DNA from: Acanthaster planci
Taxonomy: Eukaryota
NCBI RefSeq assembly: GCF_001949145.1
Contig: NW_019091359.1
Location: 276,021 to 340,020, forward strand
Direction: 5' to 3'
Length of the DNA: 64,000 nt
Positions 1 through 13,830 of this stretch are shown here, piece after piece. The number at the start of each line of letters is the position of its first letter. Positions within the stretch are counted from its first letter, which is position 1. Below the pieces are notes generated by a model. That model had not been told where the DNA came from. It ran no database searches and was given only the letters and a program-made list of their open reading frames with translations. A program made the translations under genes and the position numbers.

Positions 1-2050
1 ACTGATTTACCAATTCTGGCAATCACTTTTAAAAATTGACTCACATCTGATCGGCCAGTCATTTCGACTGGCAAAAATGTCTAAGGCCGGACAGTGAAGG
101 CGTCTCGTGTTCAAGAACTCCCCCCTGTCGTTAAGAGTGGTTGGCGCCCTCTTCAGGCAGCTTACAAGAAATTGGAGTATTCTTAGAATTCGTTCCCGAC
201 TATGACTACGCGGGTCAGCCTTTCGGGCATGAACAACGCCAGCAGGAGTGCATTTTGAGTAAAATGCAACAAATAAAATCGCGAGTCCATTTTATTTTAA
301 AGTCTGCTTGCATCTAATTCTTCATGGTAGATCTCCATGATCGTGTTGACATTACTCAGTCTGATATGAGCATTAGGTGCGATTCTCAGACTTAATTGTG
401 CGCTGTATACATGTACAGCCAACTGTTAGAGGAGACGCCGTTATGAATTACCCTCGCATTTTATTCCGTGAGCTGACCACACTTGGATCGCAAGACACCG
501 TGTGCCACCGACTAGTGATGCCGTGTTTGAGGCCGTCAAGGCGGTTCGTGATGGTCAACGTCACTCGCATTGTTGGCAGTCGTTTTGCTCTCCTGGGAGA
601 CCAGGCGGACATTTTAACCCAAGAAAAGATGATTCTGGCCCCGTCGTTTTAGAGTATTAGTTGTGAGGAAATGAAGCTGGGGGACGGATATGAATAATGA
701 TACCTTTTCGGGATCATTTGACCAGTCTCGTTTGTATCAAGGGAGAGAACTAAGATTGGGCTTAATCATAAACTCTATGGTGGTGCGTATTGACTGCCTT
801 TATAATACATGTCGCTGAAAATTCACGGCGCTTGCCTTTGTGGTTGAAGCTGTGGTTCGTAATGAAACGAAAAGAAATCAGCACACGACTTCAATTTGTT
901 GTGGACAGAAACCCGCGTGGTGCGAGTTGAGTCAGATCAGATAAAGGGCCTATTTGGGAGTATAGTGGCAAGGTTGATAGTGTTGCTCCACATTTCCCAC
1001 GTTAGCAGATGCGTATCCTTTAAACTACCCCTGATTGGAAAAACCAGTCTTGTTAAACCCCCTTCTCGTCCTACAAAGTGCCTTTTTTTACGTTCACTAT
1101 CCCCGCCGTGTTGTCGTGTTTCCCCCATACTGAAAGGGGTGACCGGCGTGCGGCGCTTCCCGCCATTCACAACCGCGAAATTAATGGGGACGATTTCTCC
1201 CCCATCCCCCATTACGAAGTCCGGTCCTTGGCGGTGTGGCCTGACATCAAACGGCACCGCCGTTGCAAGGGTGCAGGTTTTTTATTCGGCGATTGCTTTG
1301 TTCCTTTGATGTTGACCCCTTTGTGACAGATAATGAGATCTCTTTCGGGGTGTCGGCACCGTCGGAGAAAGTGTGGGCCTGGTTCGTTACCCCTCTGTCA
1401 GGCCGGCTGCCTTGCATGACTTTACCCCATGCGCCGTGAAATTGAGCTGAATGGTTAGGTGTATAGTTGACACTGTTCAGAGGCCTGTTTCCTTTGATTA
1501 ACAGATACAAACTTGGCAGGTTTAGCCCATAAAACTTTTAAAACCATCGGAATGACCGGCCTTCGCACTGTAGGGCGGTAGTTCGTGAGATCCCCAATTG
1601 TGCCTCTGCACATTTGGAGAAATACGCACGCACCAAGTTTCTTCCTTTCTAAGGTCTGTGGAGTTTGAATTCCTCAAACCCTAAATGTGGGCTTTCAGCG
1701 TATTTGAGGCTTTTCGTGACAAAATTTGAGCTTTCCTTGTGTCTGCTTTTTCTCTGCTTCCTCCACAAACTGTCAAATAACCCTCTAATAGTCCAACGTA
1801 CTGCTTTGCACATACCGTCAACGGCCCTTGGGCCCATGTCGTTGTAACCAAGATTTTGTCACGTTCCTTTGTTGCAGTTTAGCGTAAAATCGTCGTTACA
1901 CGGTGTGTGGCAGTGTAGGTTCACTGGATAGAGTTGGAGTTTCACCTTTTCATAAGCATGTTGAAAATCCCCTTGAACAATTGGGTTCTGTTGGCCTAGC
2001 TAGTATTTGCCTTTTGAGTGGTTTGATAGTTAATTTATAGGTTGGATGGT

Positions 2051-2288
2051 GGGCCAATTTCATAAAGCTGCTTAAGCATAAAATTTGCTTAAGCATGAAA
2101 AAGCCTTGCTTTACAAATCAGGTTACCAGCCAAAATTGCACGTGATGTATATTGTTTTGCAATGGTATCCTATCGTTTGGTTAGAATGACTATCACGTAG
2201 ATTTTGAGCTGGCAACCTTCGTTTTTTAAGCAAAGAATTTTTGCGCGTAAGCAAATTTTGTGCTCAAGCAGCTCTATGAAATTAGCCC
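2051..2288. mobile_element. Fold-back MITE (family C, single copy)
   Basis: Inverted ends GGGCCAATTTCATAAAGCTGCTTAAGCA / TGCTCAAGCAGCTCTATGAAATTAGCCC, with complementarity extending inward (GGTTACCAGC / GCTGGCAACC). Confidence 0.75.
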
Positions 2289-2410
2289 TGGTAAAGCTCT
2301 GGTTATTGGTTTAGAAGGTCTTTAATTTACTGAATGATAACACCGTTACATTATAAGTCTGTGTCGAGACGCTTCGTCAAATTCGTTTGCTTGTCGTCAG
2401 GCAAGCCTTC

Positions 2411-2585
2411 ATACGGCCGTTTCACAATAGTACGCCACCAAGAGTTTGCCTCGCATTGGCCAATCACAATGCACGAAATTTGTCGACCCAGTGCGCGTTT
2501 GGAAAGGGGTAGACAAATTTCGCGCGTAATGATTGGCCAACGTGTTGCAATCTCTTGGTGGCGCACAATCGTGAATCGCTCGTAT
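2411..2585 (+). mobile_element. Palindromic MITE family A, copy 1
   Basis: ~80-bp inverted arms (ATACGGCCGTTTCACAATAG... / ...GTGAATCGCTCGTAT) around the 16-nt spacer AGTGCGCGTTTGGAAA; three further copies in the window. Confidence 0.85.
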
Positions 2586-5179
2586 TGCCCCTAAGACCCG
2601 TGCGCGTTTTGTAACCATAATCCCCCCCCCACACACACGCGCGCGCGCGCAACCATGGTTACAATCTGTCGCTCTTTGCAACACAAAAAACACTCCACTG
2701 CGGGGCAGACAGGATCCCATACCTGCATCAGTTGTCCCGATGTAATGATTGGATCACATGATTGAAATGACAACAACCTGTGACCTCATCATTTCTAATT
2801 CTCAGTACGTCAATTTGCAAACCCAATTTATCCAAATCTGGGACATGAGGCTTATAATCCTAACATGGCCCTACTCACCAGCATTCTACGATAATGAAAC
2901 GGGAAAAAATCATCTTTTCCCCCCTCGCAATAGGCGGCCCCTGAGATCCACCGTTCCAATTTAAACACAATAATCGCGCCAATTCCTAACTCAATTGTTG
3001 GCTTGCCAATTTTATTTGGCGCCAACTTTTTGGAGCGCCCTTTTTAGCGCTTGCCGAACGACGACCATGCAGCAAATGGTACATCCTGCCCGTGCGTGCC
3101 CTCGTCAGACACGGGGTTTTCTGTGAAAAAAAAAATCAATGGATAATTGGCGCAGGGAAAACCGGAGTTTGACAAGCGGACGTGGCACCGGAGGCTCAGC
3201 TGTGGCTCGCGGATGGAACACGCTCTGACCGCGGCGAGTAACGGTCGCCTGTTGGCGGGGCTCCTCGGGCCGTTCGACTTGAAGACTTTGTTTCTTCTGT
3301 CCGAAAAGAAGGGCAAAAAACCCACATTATCAGATCCATGCAGTCACAGACTTGTCATAATTGTATGGATCCACTAGCAGGAATTTTATGTGCTACGTGA
3401 CATGTGTTTGTTAGGCAACCTGTGCGCCATGTGAATTTTTATACCGAGAAATTTGTCCTCTTGGATTCATATCAGGGTGCTCCTGATTGCACAAGTTTTC
3501 TCCATAACAACTGTTTTTCTTTGTTTTACGGACGAAGACCGTAGCAGTTCAATAAACATGTCCACAAATTGGATGCATTTTGTCCATAAAATAGTTCTGC
3601 ATATTGTAACTATGTATCATGGAAGTCCATGCCCGAACTTGCGCTATTGCGCTACCCGCATGTACAAATGATTATTTCCCCTAAGGCTATTTATGTGGTT
3701 TGCGTGCTTTGTCGTAAAGCCTCGGTTTCTAATGTTATATTTATTATTTCTATCTTATTTTCTATAATAATGAAAAGGAGTGTCTATCTCTTGCCTCTTG
3801 TATTCCTCATCTTTTCCCATTTTAGAAGGAAAAAATCCGTCCAGAAGTATTAGTTACACCCATGGTTCAACAGGTGTTTATTCGCCAGGCATTTCAGATT
3901 TTATTTGGTTGTTGTTTCTAATCGATTTTGATGATGGCATTTCATAAACTCAAAAAGTCTTGTAAACTCAATACGTAACCTTTTTAAAGTCAGTGAGGTT
4001 AGCACGTCCTTAACCGTCCAACCGACTTGTGACGGCTGCAGTTCGTATTCCGCTCAGCGTACGACTTGGGCGTTCTAAAGACCAGCGATCGCTGCAGCAT
4101 TGTGTCAATTGTTGTTAATAGAAATTCCAACAAGAATCTTTTATTTTTGTATGGAGTTGAGACGATGCCGGAATCATTAGCGAGGGCTTTCTTACAGTGA
4201 TCTCATTCTGAGATCATTCTATTAGATGATGGATGATTCTGTCTGTGTTGCTGTCCACGTAAGGTTGTGTAGCCATCGCCTCGGCTGCTGCTGTTATGTC
4301 ACGTCAGCTTGAGGTTGTGTTATGGGGGCGCTCGGCTCATCTGCCTACTGTCCCACCTTCCTCCGGCCTGTCGCCTGTCGTAACATCGAACCGCCTGGCT
4401 AATACAGCAGGCCGCATTCATGATGTTCGATCGCCTTGCCCGCCTGGCAAACATTTGCTGATCAAACAGGCAGAATTAATTTGTCAAGGAGCAATTCTCT
4501 GACCGTACACCGAAAGGAGGAAAGGTGGATGCGTTTTGGACATGCAGGGGGGGGACAATTTTTATGGCCGTTCAGGCGCGTTTTGATGAATAATTGAGTT
4601 AATTCACAGATTATTTCATTCAGCACGGCCGTGTGCAGTGATGAAAGTCGAAGCGAAACATGGAATGTGCAGTGACTTGTAAATTGCAGATCACAGAACA
4701 CAAATTAATGGCACTGTTTGTTTCTGTTTGCGAATGACTTGCCATAGTGATGAATTTTAAAATTCATTCGAATTTCTGCATGGTCAGCGAGCTTTTGTTG
4801 TCGCTTGGAGCTAGCGCTAGTTTATTTTACGATGGTGACGATGACCTTCCACGGAGGAGTTAAAAACGACCAATGAAATATTGATGTAGGGTTTTGTGTC
4901 TTGACCAAGTCCTGTAGTGCAACAATGGGACCGAACTTTGCCAAGGTTCACATTTAAATTTGCATGGAACTGAATTGACTAAGATTGGGAAGATTTTGAG
5001 TACAACACGGCGGTCGTTGAGCACCGTTGAAATGATGACACCGGTGATTTCTCAATGCGATCGTCTCCATTTCGTCTGCTTCCTTCACATCACTTTCTTG
5101 TCTGCTTACGATAAATGTGCATGTCTGTTAGATTTCATGGCCGTCCTGTCTTCTTATTTGTTTGGCCACAAGAAACAGT

Positions 5180-5506
5180 TTATTGATTACTGGTCGGATG
5201 ATACATACCCTTGGACTGACCGATTGGTGGGTTGACCAATCAATGCAGTGATGAAATTACTGAATGATTTGTCGAGTGCTAAAAAGAAGTCATCGATGTT
5301 GTTCGGTCTGAAGGTTTGTCGGTGGGTTGGTTAGCTGAATGCCCTCTACTGATTGATTGACTTCCTGGCTAGATTGTTGGCTAGCAGGCTGGCTAGTCAG
5401 CTGGCTGGTTGGCATAATGATTGGCAAGCTTGCTGGCTGCTTGCTTGCTCACTGGCTTGCTGGCTGGTTGCCAGGCTGACTGGATGGCTGGTAGGCAGGC
5501 TGGCAG
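5180..5506. repeat. Degenerate tetranucleotide repeat (GGCT/GGTT/GATT-type)
   Basis: 4-bp periodicity, clearest at 5365-5506 (ctggctggttgg, cttgcttgct, caggctgg). Confidence 0.7.
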
Positions 5507-8500
5507 TGTAAACGAAGTTGGTATATGTTTACGCTCTCGTATGGCGTGCAAAGTTAACATGTAATCCCGGAATAGAGATATAAATGTTAACTTTGCACGC
5601 CATACTCTCGAACACATTTCCCACAATCCTGACTTCTTTGCTGTTAGAACTAGCCCGAATCTAACAAACTGACTCCACTGTTTGCCTTTAGCGCAGTGAG
5701 TGTGCTTGTCCCGCAAACAACAATATCTGTGCCGAACATAGACTGTTGTACATGTACAAAGAATGCTGGCTCCAAAATGTTCATGCAAAAATGTGACGTC
5801 ACCGTAGTGCGCACGATCTATTCGTCTTGCTTTAAGAAATAAAAAGAATAAGCTTCATGAAAAAGATACAGACCTTCGGATGATATTCTGTGGATAGCTC
5901 TGATGAAGTTTGGTACACAAAACACGGTGTATTATTAATTGTCTTTTCTTTTATTGTTTTTCGTGCACGTTGTATTGTGTTTTGGCCTGCATCGCTCTCC
6001 GTGCATGGCTGAAATGACAGAACTTTATAGAACTGGATATCAAATGATGAATCCTGCAGCGTTTGTAGAAGCAAAACAGTGTGATACATGCATGTTTATA
6101 GACCTACCTTGAACTGATCACGTGCTTTGAATTCAACATCCAACGCGGCATTTGTTCGATGACGTTTTCCATGTCTCCGTCGAGCTCACTGCCTGCGCTT
6201 TCTTATAGAGACGCACAGAGAAAGTGTACCTTCATTTCGTGTCGGTGATCAATCTGCCAAGCTGCTATGTTGACAGCCGAAATGAAAAGAAATGTGAATA
6301 CTTTTGCCCGCCCTGTGTCCCGTCTGTAACCGTAGCGGCCACGGTCAACACAGTCCAGGATCTCCGCCACGGCCTTTCCCGCAAACCGGCCGCGCTTTAT
6401 TGCGAATACGATACCTCAGTACACGGGCAATCCTGTTAATACGACACGGTCAGGAAAGCCTTGCTCTTCCCGGCAACTCGAAGACACCTCGGTCTTTGGG
6501 AAATGTAAGCCTGTTTCACAGGAGTTCATTTGTCGTCTTGAGTGTTCGGGGTTTTTTGTCCTTCGGATTTTTTTTTTACTTTTAGTACCAAAGATCCAAA
6601 TCTGGGTGATAGATGGCATTTTTCTTGACACAATATTTGCACTCAAGAAGACAGACTATAAGAATGACCTCATACAAAACTCAAGGAAGGAACAAAAACC
6701 GAACCGTCTCCATATCTAATCCATGGAGCAAGTTGCATCGGAAACGCTTACTGAAAGTTTCTTGTCTTATGGTTTTTCAATTTTTCATTTATGGCCTAAT
6801 GTGGAGTGTCATTCCATCATTTCCCCGTCTGAAACTCTCTTTTCCTTGTTTTGACTCATGCAAACAGATATTTCATGTCGTTAATCTTTTGCCTCCTTTT
6901 ACAACCTCGAGAAGGGGGTCGCTGTCGTGTTTGACGGTAACCTGTGTTGGAACATTCGACAAGCGCAACGCAGTACACCACTTTCGCATTTGTCCTTAAG
7001 TGTACAGTTTATTATTTCAACATAATTGTAGTTTTGTTAATTCATATTCTTTGCTGATTGAGCAAACCGACATCGGTGATTGACTGTTAGTATATTCCGC
7101 GTAATTTCGGTGTTTGCCAAAATTTTCTGTAGGCCTATCTGTGAAATGGGCAATCCGTTGTCATCGTCTTGCCGGAAATTTCACACATTGACCATCGGGG
7201 AAACCTTGATTTATTATCATTTGGTAATTAAGAATCAGCTTTACGTTTCTCCAGTTCTGTAAATTGACCTGAAAATGACAATAAACGATAGGTGCCAAAC
7301 ATAAGAATGCTTGCAAGGAATTCCTTTCTTTGAACGTTGTAATTATGTACAGCTCGTGTACGTTGCTGCTCTGGTAGACGCTGAAACTTCTGTCTTGGGA
7401 ATAATTTTTCCTATAAAACCTCCTTCTAGTAAATGCCGGAATTTTGTCTATCAATCAAACAAACTCCAAGTGAACAGCAAGCAAGACTTACGATTCTGTC
7501 TTTGCAATTCACAGAATACCGCTGTGTTGATAGACGCACATAAATTTTAGTCGGCCATTTATGCATTGTGTAAACGAGGGACCCCTTGTCAATTAAGACT
7601 GGAGCCCACTTCATCCGTAAAATGAAAAATGTCAGCAAAGCTCCTATCTCTTCATGTTGACACGAATCGGGCAAGTCGGGGGAACACGACCAACTGAAGG
7701 TCACTCATTATAAAGTGGATGGAAAAAAACAAGAACGTGTATTGGCCAATGTCGGCTTTGCTCCCGAGAGGGGGAAGGAGGAATTAACCACGAAGTCCCG
7801 CGGGGGCGCATTTATGTCGGATCTTGATTCTCGCTGAAATCCGCAAAAAATGACGAGATGTCCGCACTGTGATTGACAACCCCAGATAATTGGCGGGGGG
7901 GGTTACAGACAACGTTAGAGCTGGCGGGTTGAAGGGAGCTCATCCCGCGCCGGTAGGATTGCGGTGTCGACACGCACAAGAGGAGACAAGAGCAGACGAC
8001 TGTACATCTCGTGGAAACTACTTTGCTCATACTGTAGCAGGCATTTTTGGTACTGCTCTGAAGTTAATCACATTTATACAAGAGAAGAGGGCGTTATGCA
8101 TCTGCCAAGATAGACTTGCCGTTCGTTTGGGCAGTCCTTCAAGAAAATAAGACGAGGAGACAGTAAAAAACTACACTTTTTGTCTAAGTTTCGAGCTGAT
8201 TTTATGTCACTTTGTCATTGTGATTTTGTTACAGTGTAAAAGCTACGGCCTGATATTTCTGCTGATTCACTTACACAGACCAAGGTGAACGAATGGGGAA
8301 GTAACTCAAAATATGCGCGCAGTGGCGGACTAAAATGGCTTCAGAAATGAATGATTTGTGGGTTCAATATTTAGAAAATGTGTAGGCCTAGTCGGTTCAA
8401 AACCAGGCCTTCGAATGTTTATCTGGAATCGTTCTTCACTGTTAGTTAAATCGGTATTATGTGTGTACCACCTTTGTGGCAGATGGCAGAACTTTGAATG

Positions 8501-9528
8501 AGAATCTTTCAACGATGTCAGCCAACACACCTTCTATTTGATGACTAGATCCGTCACTTAGTAGGAAACCGACGCGTGGTCCGAGCTCTTGCTCGTTCAC
8601 TGAAACATGAGAGTGTACAAAATCAGCATTGATATCGCTAGGAAAGTTGCTAAAATGCGCGAAAATTCCGGCATCTCAAATCAGACAAAGATCCGAGGAA
8701 AAAGTCTCTTTTTTGGGGGGCAGGGGTGATGTTCGAGTTCGATGTCCCAAGTGTTATTCACCGTCCGTTGTCTCGTATTCTGGAGGTCTAGCTGCGTCTC
8801 TGTACAATACCATCTCTGTGTTCGGGATATTAGAAACAGAAAAAAATCCTACCTGTCTGACGTGTTTGGCCCAAATACCTGTGTTTACCTACGGTGGGCG
8901 TCAAAATGCAGACTGGCGCGTTTTAAAAAACAAACAGTCATTGTTCGTGCCATCTCCCGCCTAGGGGGGCCGATGAACCGCGCTGTCATTACGGACCCTT
9001 CAAAACAAAAAATACCCCGAACCTCGTCAACCGAAAATGATACCCCTGTCAGTTTAGGGGCATCATTGCGGCCCATTTGACGCCCCAACAAAAACATTTG
9101 ATTGTTCACTTGTAGCTCTGATGGGTTGTTTGGATGCGTTTGTTTGCATATTTCTCCAAGAAATGTGCCTAATTGTTGAGCCGTTATTGGCAGGTATAGG
9201 GCCTAGGTACCTGGTCATCTTGACGCGGAGCTGACGTGTGTAGGCCAGGAGAGGTTCGGACATTAATATACACCCGTAAATTATCTCATGCACAGAGGCA
9301 AATTGTCTCATACCATCTTGTGTGCTTATACGAAACACCCTTTTATGGGAGAGCGCGATAACTTGTGCCTTTAATTTCAAGATGTATTTCTTTTTTGCCT
9401 TGGGGAGATGTTAATTTTTTTCGCTGGTTCTCGGACAAGCACTGAGCATACAGTGTTTATCAATCCTGTATATACGTTGGGTAAGGGCAAAACCCGTTAT
9501 ATAGATTGTGTCTGTAAGAAAACGACAG

Positions 9529-9728
9529 TATGAGCCGCGAGCTGGACCAAGAGAGGGCGGTATGTTCTTAGCAGCGGAGGCTCCTTTGGTCGGAAATGCA
9601 CTTTGTTGCTTTACGAACTACTGTGAAATGCACCCGTTACTGTCGTACCGCTACCGACAAAATGAACACTTCCGACCAACACGGCTCTTTTCAACCGGTG
9701 GGGGAGGTTCTTCCGCTCGAGGCGTATA
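9529..9728 (-). mobile_element. Interspersed repeat family B (~200 bp, short TIRs), copy 1
   Basis: Reverse complement aligns by eye end-to-end with 19756-19953. Ends TATGAGCCGCGAGC...GCTCGAGGCGTATA form imperfect TIRs. Confidence 0.8.
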
Positions 9729-12700
9729 GGTCTGTGGACGTAATTTTCACTCTTAAAACTTAGTTATGTCTGTCGCCGGCCCACTGGATACATTGCGTAT
9801 CGTTCCGCGGTCTGTCTAATGTTGTTTAATTAAACCGAAAGCAGTTATGTATTGAGGGCTCATTACCAAAGGCTTACAAAACCTGTGATCGAGGCTGGAG
9901 TTATAAAAAGGTCTCGAGATTTTCGTTCTTAACCAGTCTTTAAGTTCCATTATCCGTCACTGCGTTGTGTATAGTTAGGAGTGTGACAATTCCATAATTC
10001 AGCTTTATTCTCAGAGTGGGCTTAATGTAATTAACGCGTTGGCCTAGAAGTTGTCATCTGACGTCCTAGCAAAAGGAGATTTCTGCCCTTTGATGATGAT
10101 CTAACGCTCAGTTTTCATTCAAGCATGCATGATTCAACTTTTTAAGACTGGTGTGTCTTGTAATTTATTTTCGAGGTTCACTCGCCTTGCAGATGAAAAT
10201 AGAGCAGAGGATGTCGTCGTAGTGGTAGCTTTCTTGCCATTTCTTCTGGAATGTTTTAGATCTACCGGGAGGTGTGCCTGGTAATCGTACGCGATTGTTG
10301 GAAGTGAGCGGTCAATCACACAATCATCCGGCTAGGGATCAATCGCATAGCATCCATCACTCGTGACGGACAACAATGATATCTTCCCTTGCAGTTTTGT
10401 AATTTACTGTCCTCACTTGCTGCAAACACCTTCTGCTGCAAAACCGTTCTTGTGAAGAAGAGAGGGGGCCGAAGAAAGAAAGTAAGATCTGGTTGTTGTC
10501 AGCAGACATCCCCCGCAGCTCATCTTTGAGCGGCGATCCGATAAACAGGCGCCAGCGATCCAGATAGAGACCATTCATGGGAGGGGAGAAAGGACCACCT
10601 TAATGCCCCGGTGGTGATGCGGTTGGCTTCGCGGTGCGACCGATCTCTGGATGAGGCAATTGCTGGGAAGGTATCACCCGTAGATTGGGCCGTTAGCCCG
10701 GTCTATTGCCGCCACGGGGAAAGAGCACTCTGCGGGGCATTGTGAGTCCTATTCAGGCTGGACACCGGTGGTCTTTGCAAGATAATTGGTGGTGAGAGGC
10801 GTTAAATCCTTCTGCCGCCACCTGCTATTGTTCGATTTCTTTAGCGTGTCTCCTCCAGAGACCGATCTGACGAATCGCTCAATCAGGCCCTCCGTTATAG
10901 AAATGTTCCTCCTCTTTTTTTTTTTGCCTGTGCACAGTAAGTGTCAGGCTTAAGCTAACTCTGGCCATTGATAGGGGGCTGACTTCCTCTTCAAGTCGGC
11001 GGGGGAGGTGGGCTAATGCGATCGGGAATGCCTGGGAAAAGGGGAAGAAACGAAGACGTGCATCCGTAGCTGCTTAGGACCTTGAAAAATCACCTTGCGT
11101 GTGATACCAATCTCCTTCCACAAACTGTCATTCCACCCCCCCCCCTTCTCAAATGATGAAGCAATTAAAGATTTAGGATTTTTGTCACTTGGCGGGGCTC
11201 ATCCAGCCTGCAATCGACATGAGGAAAAAAACAGGGATTCGCCTGCTCGGATGGATGCGAGTTGTCAAAGCGTGAACCAGAGGGTTATGCAGGCATCGAT
11301 CTGAATAGGAACCGATACTGAATAACGTGAGGGAAGCAATTAGCCTAAACTGCTGAACAACCTAAGGGGGAAAAAACTGGCCCGTCATTTGCGAGATGTG
11401 TGGAGCTTAAACGCACTTTAATAGGGGGCTCTTAGTTCGACTCGATTTAGCACTAACTGCTTCAGGTTGGGCCCCCGTCCTGTCATACTCAACAAACAGC
11501 CCCCATTGTGAGTGCACACTCTCTCTACTCCTGCTTGAATGGGTTATCCGGCTCAAGTGGTCTGGCCCTGCACAATGACAAACCAAATAGTTTCCCCCTC
11601 CTGAAACTTTGAAAGGAGCTGGTGACAAGCTAAATTGCAACAACAAGATTGGATTTGGCTGAAGGTGGCGCCTGGTTTATTTAAGGTGTCATCAGAGATA
11701 GTTTGATTGCTGCAGGCCGTCTTTTGTTACTGATACCAGCATTTTTTTCTTCCCGTGAAAATTGTAATAGAATGAGAGATGTCATCCGGGAACTTCGTCA
11801 GCATCTTCAGGTGGGTGTCGGGTTCCGATAGAACATCAAATTGGGAAAGTAAATCAGAAGATTATTCATTGCAATTTTAATGCCCCCGACAGACCTGAGT
11901 ATATGTTAGAACCTGTTATTCTTTATTATTTCCGAGAGCTTAACATTCAGAAAAAAACATTAAAACAGAACTTAGGCTTATTCAAATAGACCTGAAACCA
12001 CGAGCCCCTTCGTAACCTGTGTAACCCGTTACCATTCTAGTTTGCTTGGGCTGCCTTTCTGATGTACGTTCGGTTTCTGCCTGCTGCACCAAAGATTATC
12101 CCCACCCATTCTGCATTGCTGAAATACACTTTTATCAGCCAGACAGAGATTTAAATACATATAAAATGAATATGAACTGTGAGTGAGGAGTTACGGATTA
12201 GTTCCTAATCTTGCAAAATGCCTTGTTGGAATTAATACGCTTTCATAGTTGATGATTATAATTTGTTTAAATTTTCTCCAAGTTAAGGCAAACAAGGATA
12301 CACGTAAAGACTAGGCACTGTTCACTCCACCCAAGCCTCACTCGCCTGGGTGTCGTTGCATGACCAGCAGAGACAAATTTGTCGAAGGGAGCGATTTCGT
12401 CCTGGTTTGACGTCGTGTTTGTGGATACCCGATGCTCTGTGCATATAGGCTGGGCAAAACGTGAGATGACGGAAGCACAAAACAGATTTTAGGTCTATGT
12501 GATAAGCAGCCGCCGTTTTGTGCGGTTTGTTGAGTCAGTCAAGTGCAGGTGAAAAAAAAGGGATATTAAATGTCGCTGCGTGGATTGAAGGCAGTTCTTT
12601 AGTTGTATGTAACAAATAGTTGTGGGCCAAATGGGCATAAAGGCTAAGAAATGGACGATGGGAATCAACTGGGTGTGAAGGAAAGTTAATTTGAAATGTT

Positions 12701-13624
12701 GGCCCACACTTCGAAGAACCATCACTGGGAATGTAAAAGAGGGACGCTTGAACTTAAGTTTTGAGCCCCGTAGCTACGGCGCGGCACACGCTGTCTAAGT
12801 TGGCCCTGCGGATGTACACCTACCAGACATAATGCTTAAGGCAACGGGTTAAATTCAGCAACTTATTTAAGCTGTTTTGATGTGAAGGATTTTGTAACTA
12901 GCCGTTGAATGAGACGTACTGGTTTAAAAATTGAAGCACGGTGGTTGTTTCACATTCAGCTAGAAGTCCTATATGACAGAGAAAGTGGACCTAATAGATT
13001 GACCCACTTTCTCCCAACGAACCTATCAAGCAGTCAGGGAAACCATTTCAAACTCCGTCTTACACGTCAATTTGCCATCCCCCCTACTGTACAAAGACAC
13101 CGCAAAAGACCCATCAGTCTATCACTGAAAACGGTTATAGTAGTTGAGTATATATTGGTACAATTTATTACCGCTGAAATCGTGTTGACTTCTCTCGGCA
13201 TTAAATACTCGCTGGTGGACCCACTTGAGACGCAGGAGGCCCAGAGCTGGCTACTGCACGCGACGGTGCCATCTCTACCGTAGCGCCACCTCGACTCGTG
13301 TTCAGATTAGAACACTTGATGATTGGGCGCCTGTTGAGCATGACCAAACCTAAACATCATAATGGCAATTAGTGTCGTATGGGCGGTATTGTTAGAGAAC
13401 CATTTTTGCACAAACTGTTTTACAATTTACAGCGCTGTCATTTTCAGTTATTTGCATGTTATCAACGACGGCGACACTAAGCCAGTGTTTCCGTCTAACA
13501 TGAATGTCCAAACCCTCATCTGGCATTCGAGCCTGGGACTATATTACTGTGCTGGAGAGTTACGGCTGCTTTCGAACAGACTTTTCAAAAGCTTGACAAT
13601 AGTTCCACATGTTCTCAAAATACA

Positions 13625-13830
13625 TTCCGATTGTCTGTGACTACTTTTGATAGTATGCGATTCATTCCAGCGTCTATGCGAGGTTTTGATTGCCTACGAC
13701 GTCTGCCGATTATCTGCGACTATTTTCCAATCATCTCCAATTGTCATGTTTGATCATAATCATGTAACGTCTTCCTGATTACCTGCAACTATTCGCACAC
13801 GGTCTGCGACTCACATGGTGACTGCTATGT
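13625..13830. repeat. Degenerate minisatellite-like tract
   Basis: Recurring TCTGCGACT / CCGATT-like units. Confidence 0.4.

Noticed and set aside
2334..2720. ORFs sharing WRTIV/RRTIV-like peptides with ORFs at 35.8 and 40.2 kb
   Set aside because: Similarity comes from translating the palindromic MITE, not from a protein family.
5393..5788. 131-aa ORF with PASKP-like tail
   Set aside because: Tail derives from the tetranucleotide repeat.
8310..8420. tRNA A/B-box-like words (CAGTGG, GGTTCAA)
   Set aside because: No cloverleaf; too degenerate to call a tRNA or SINE.
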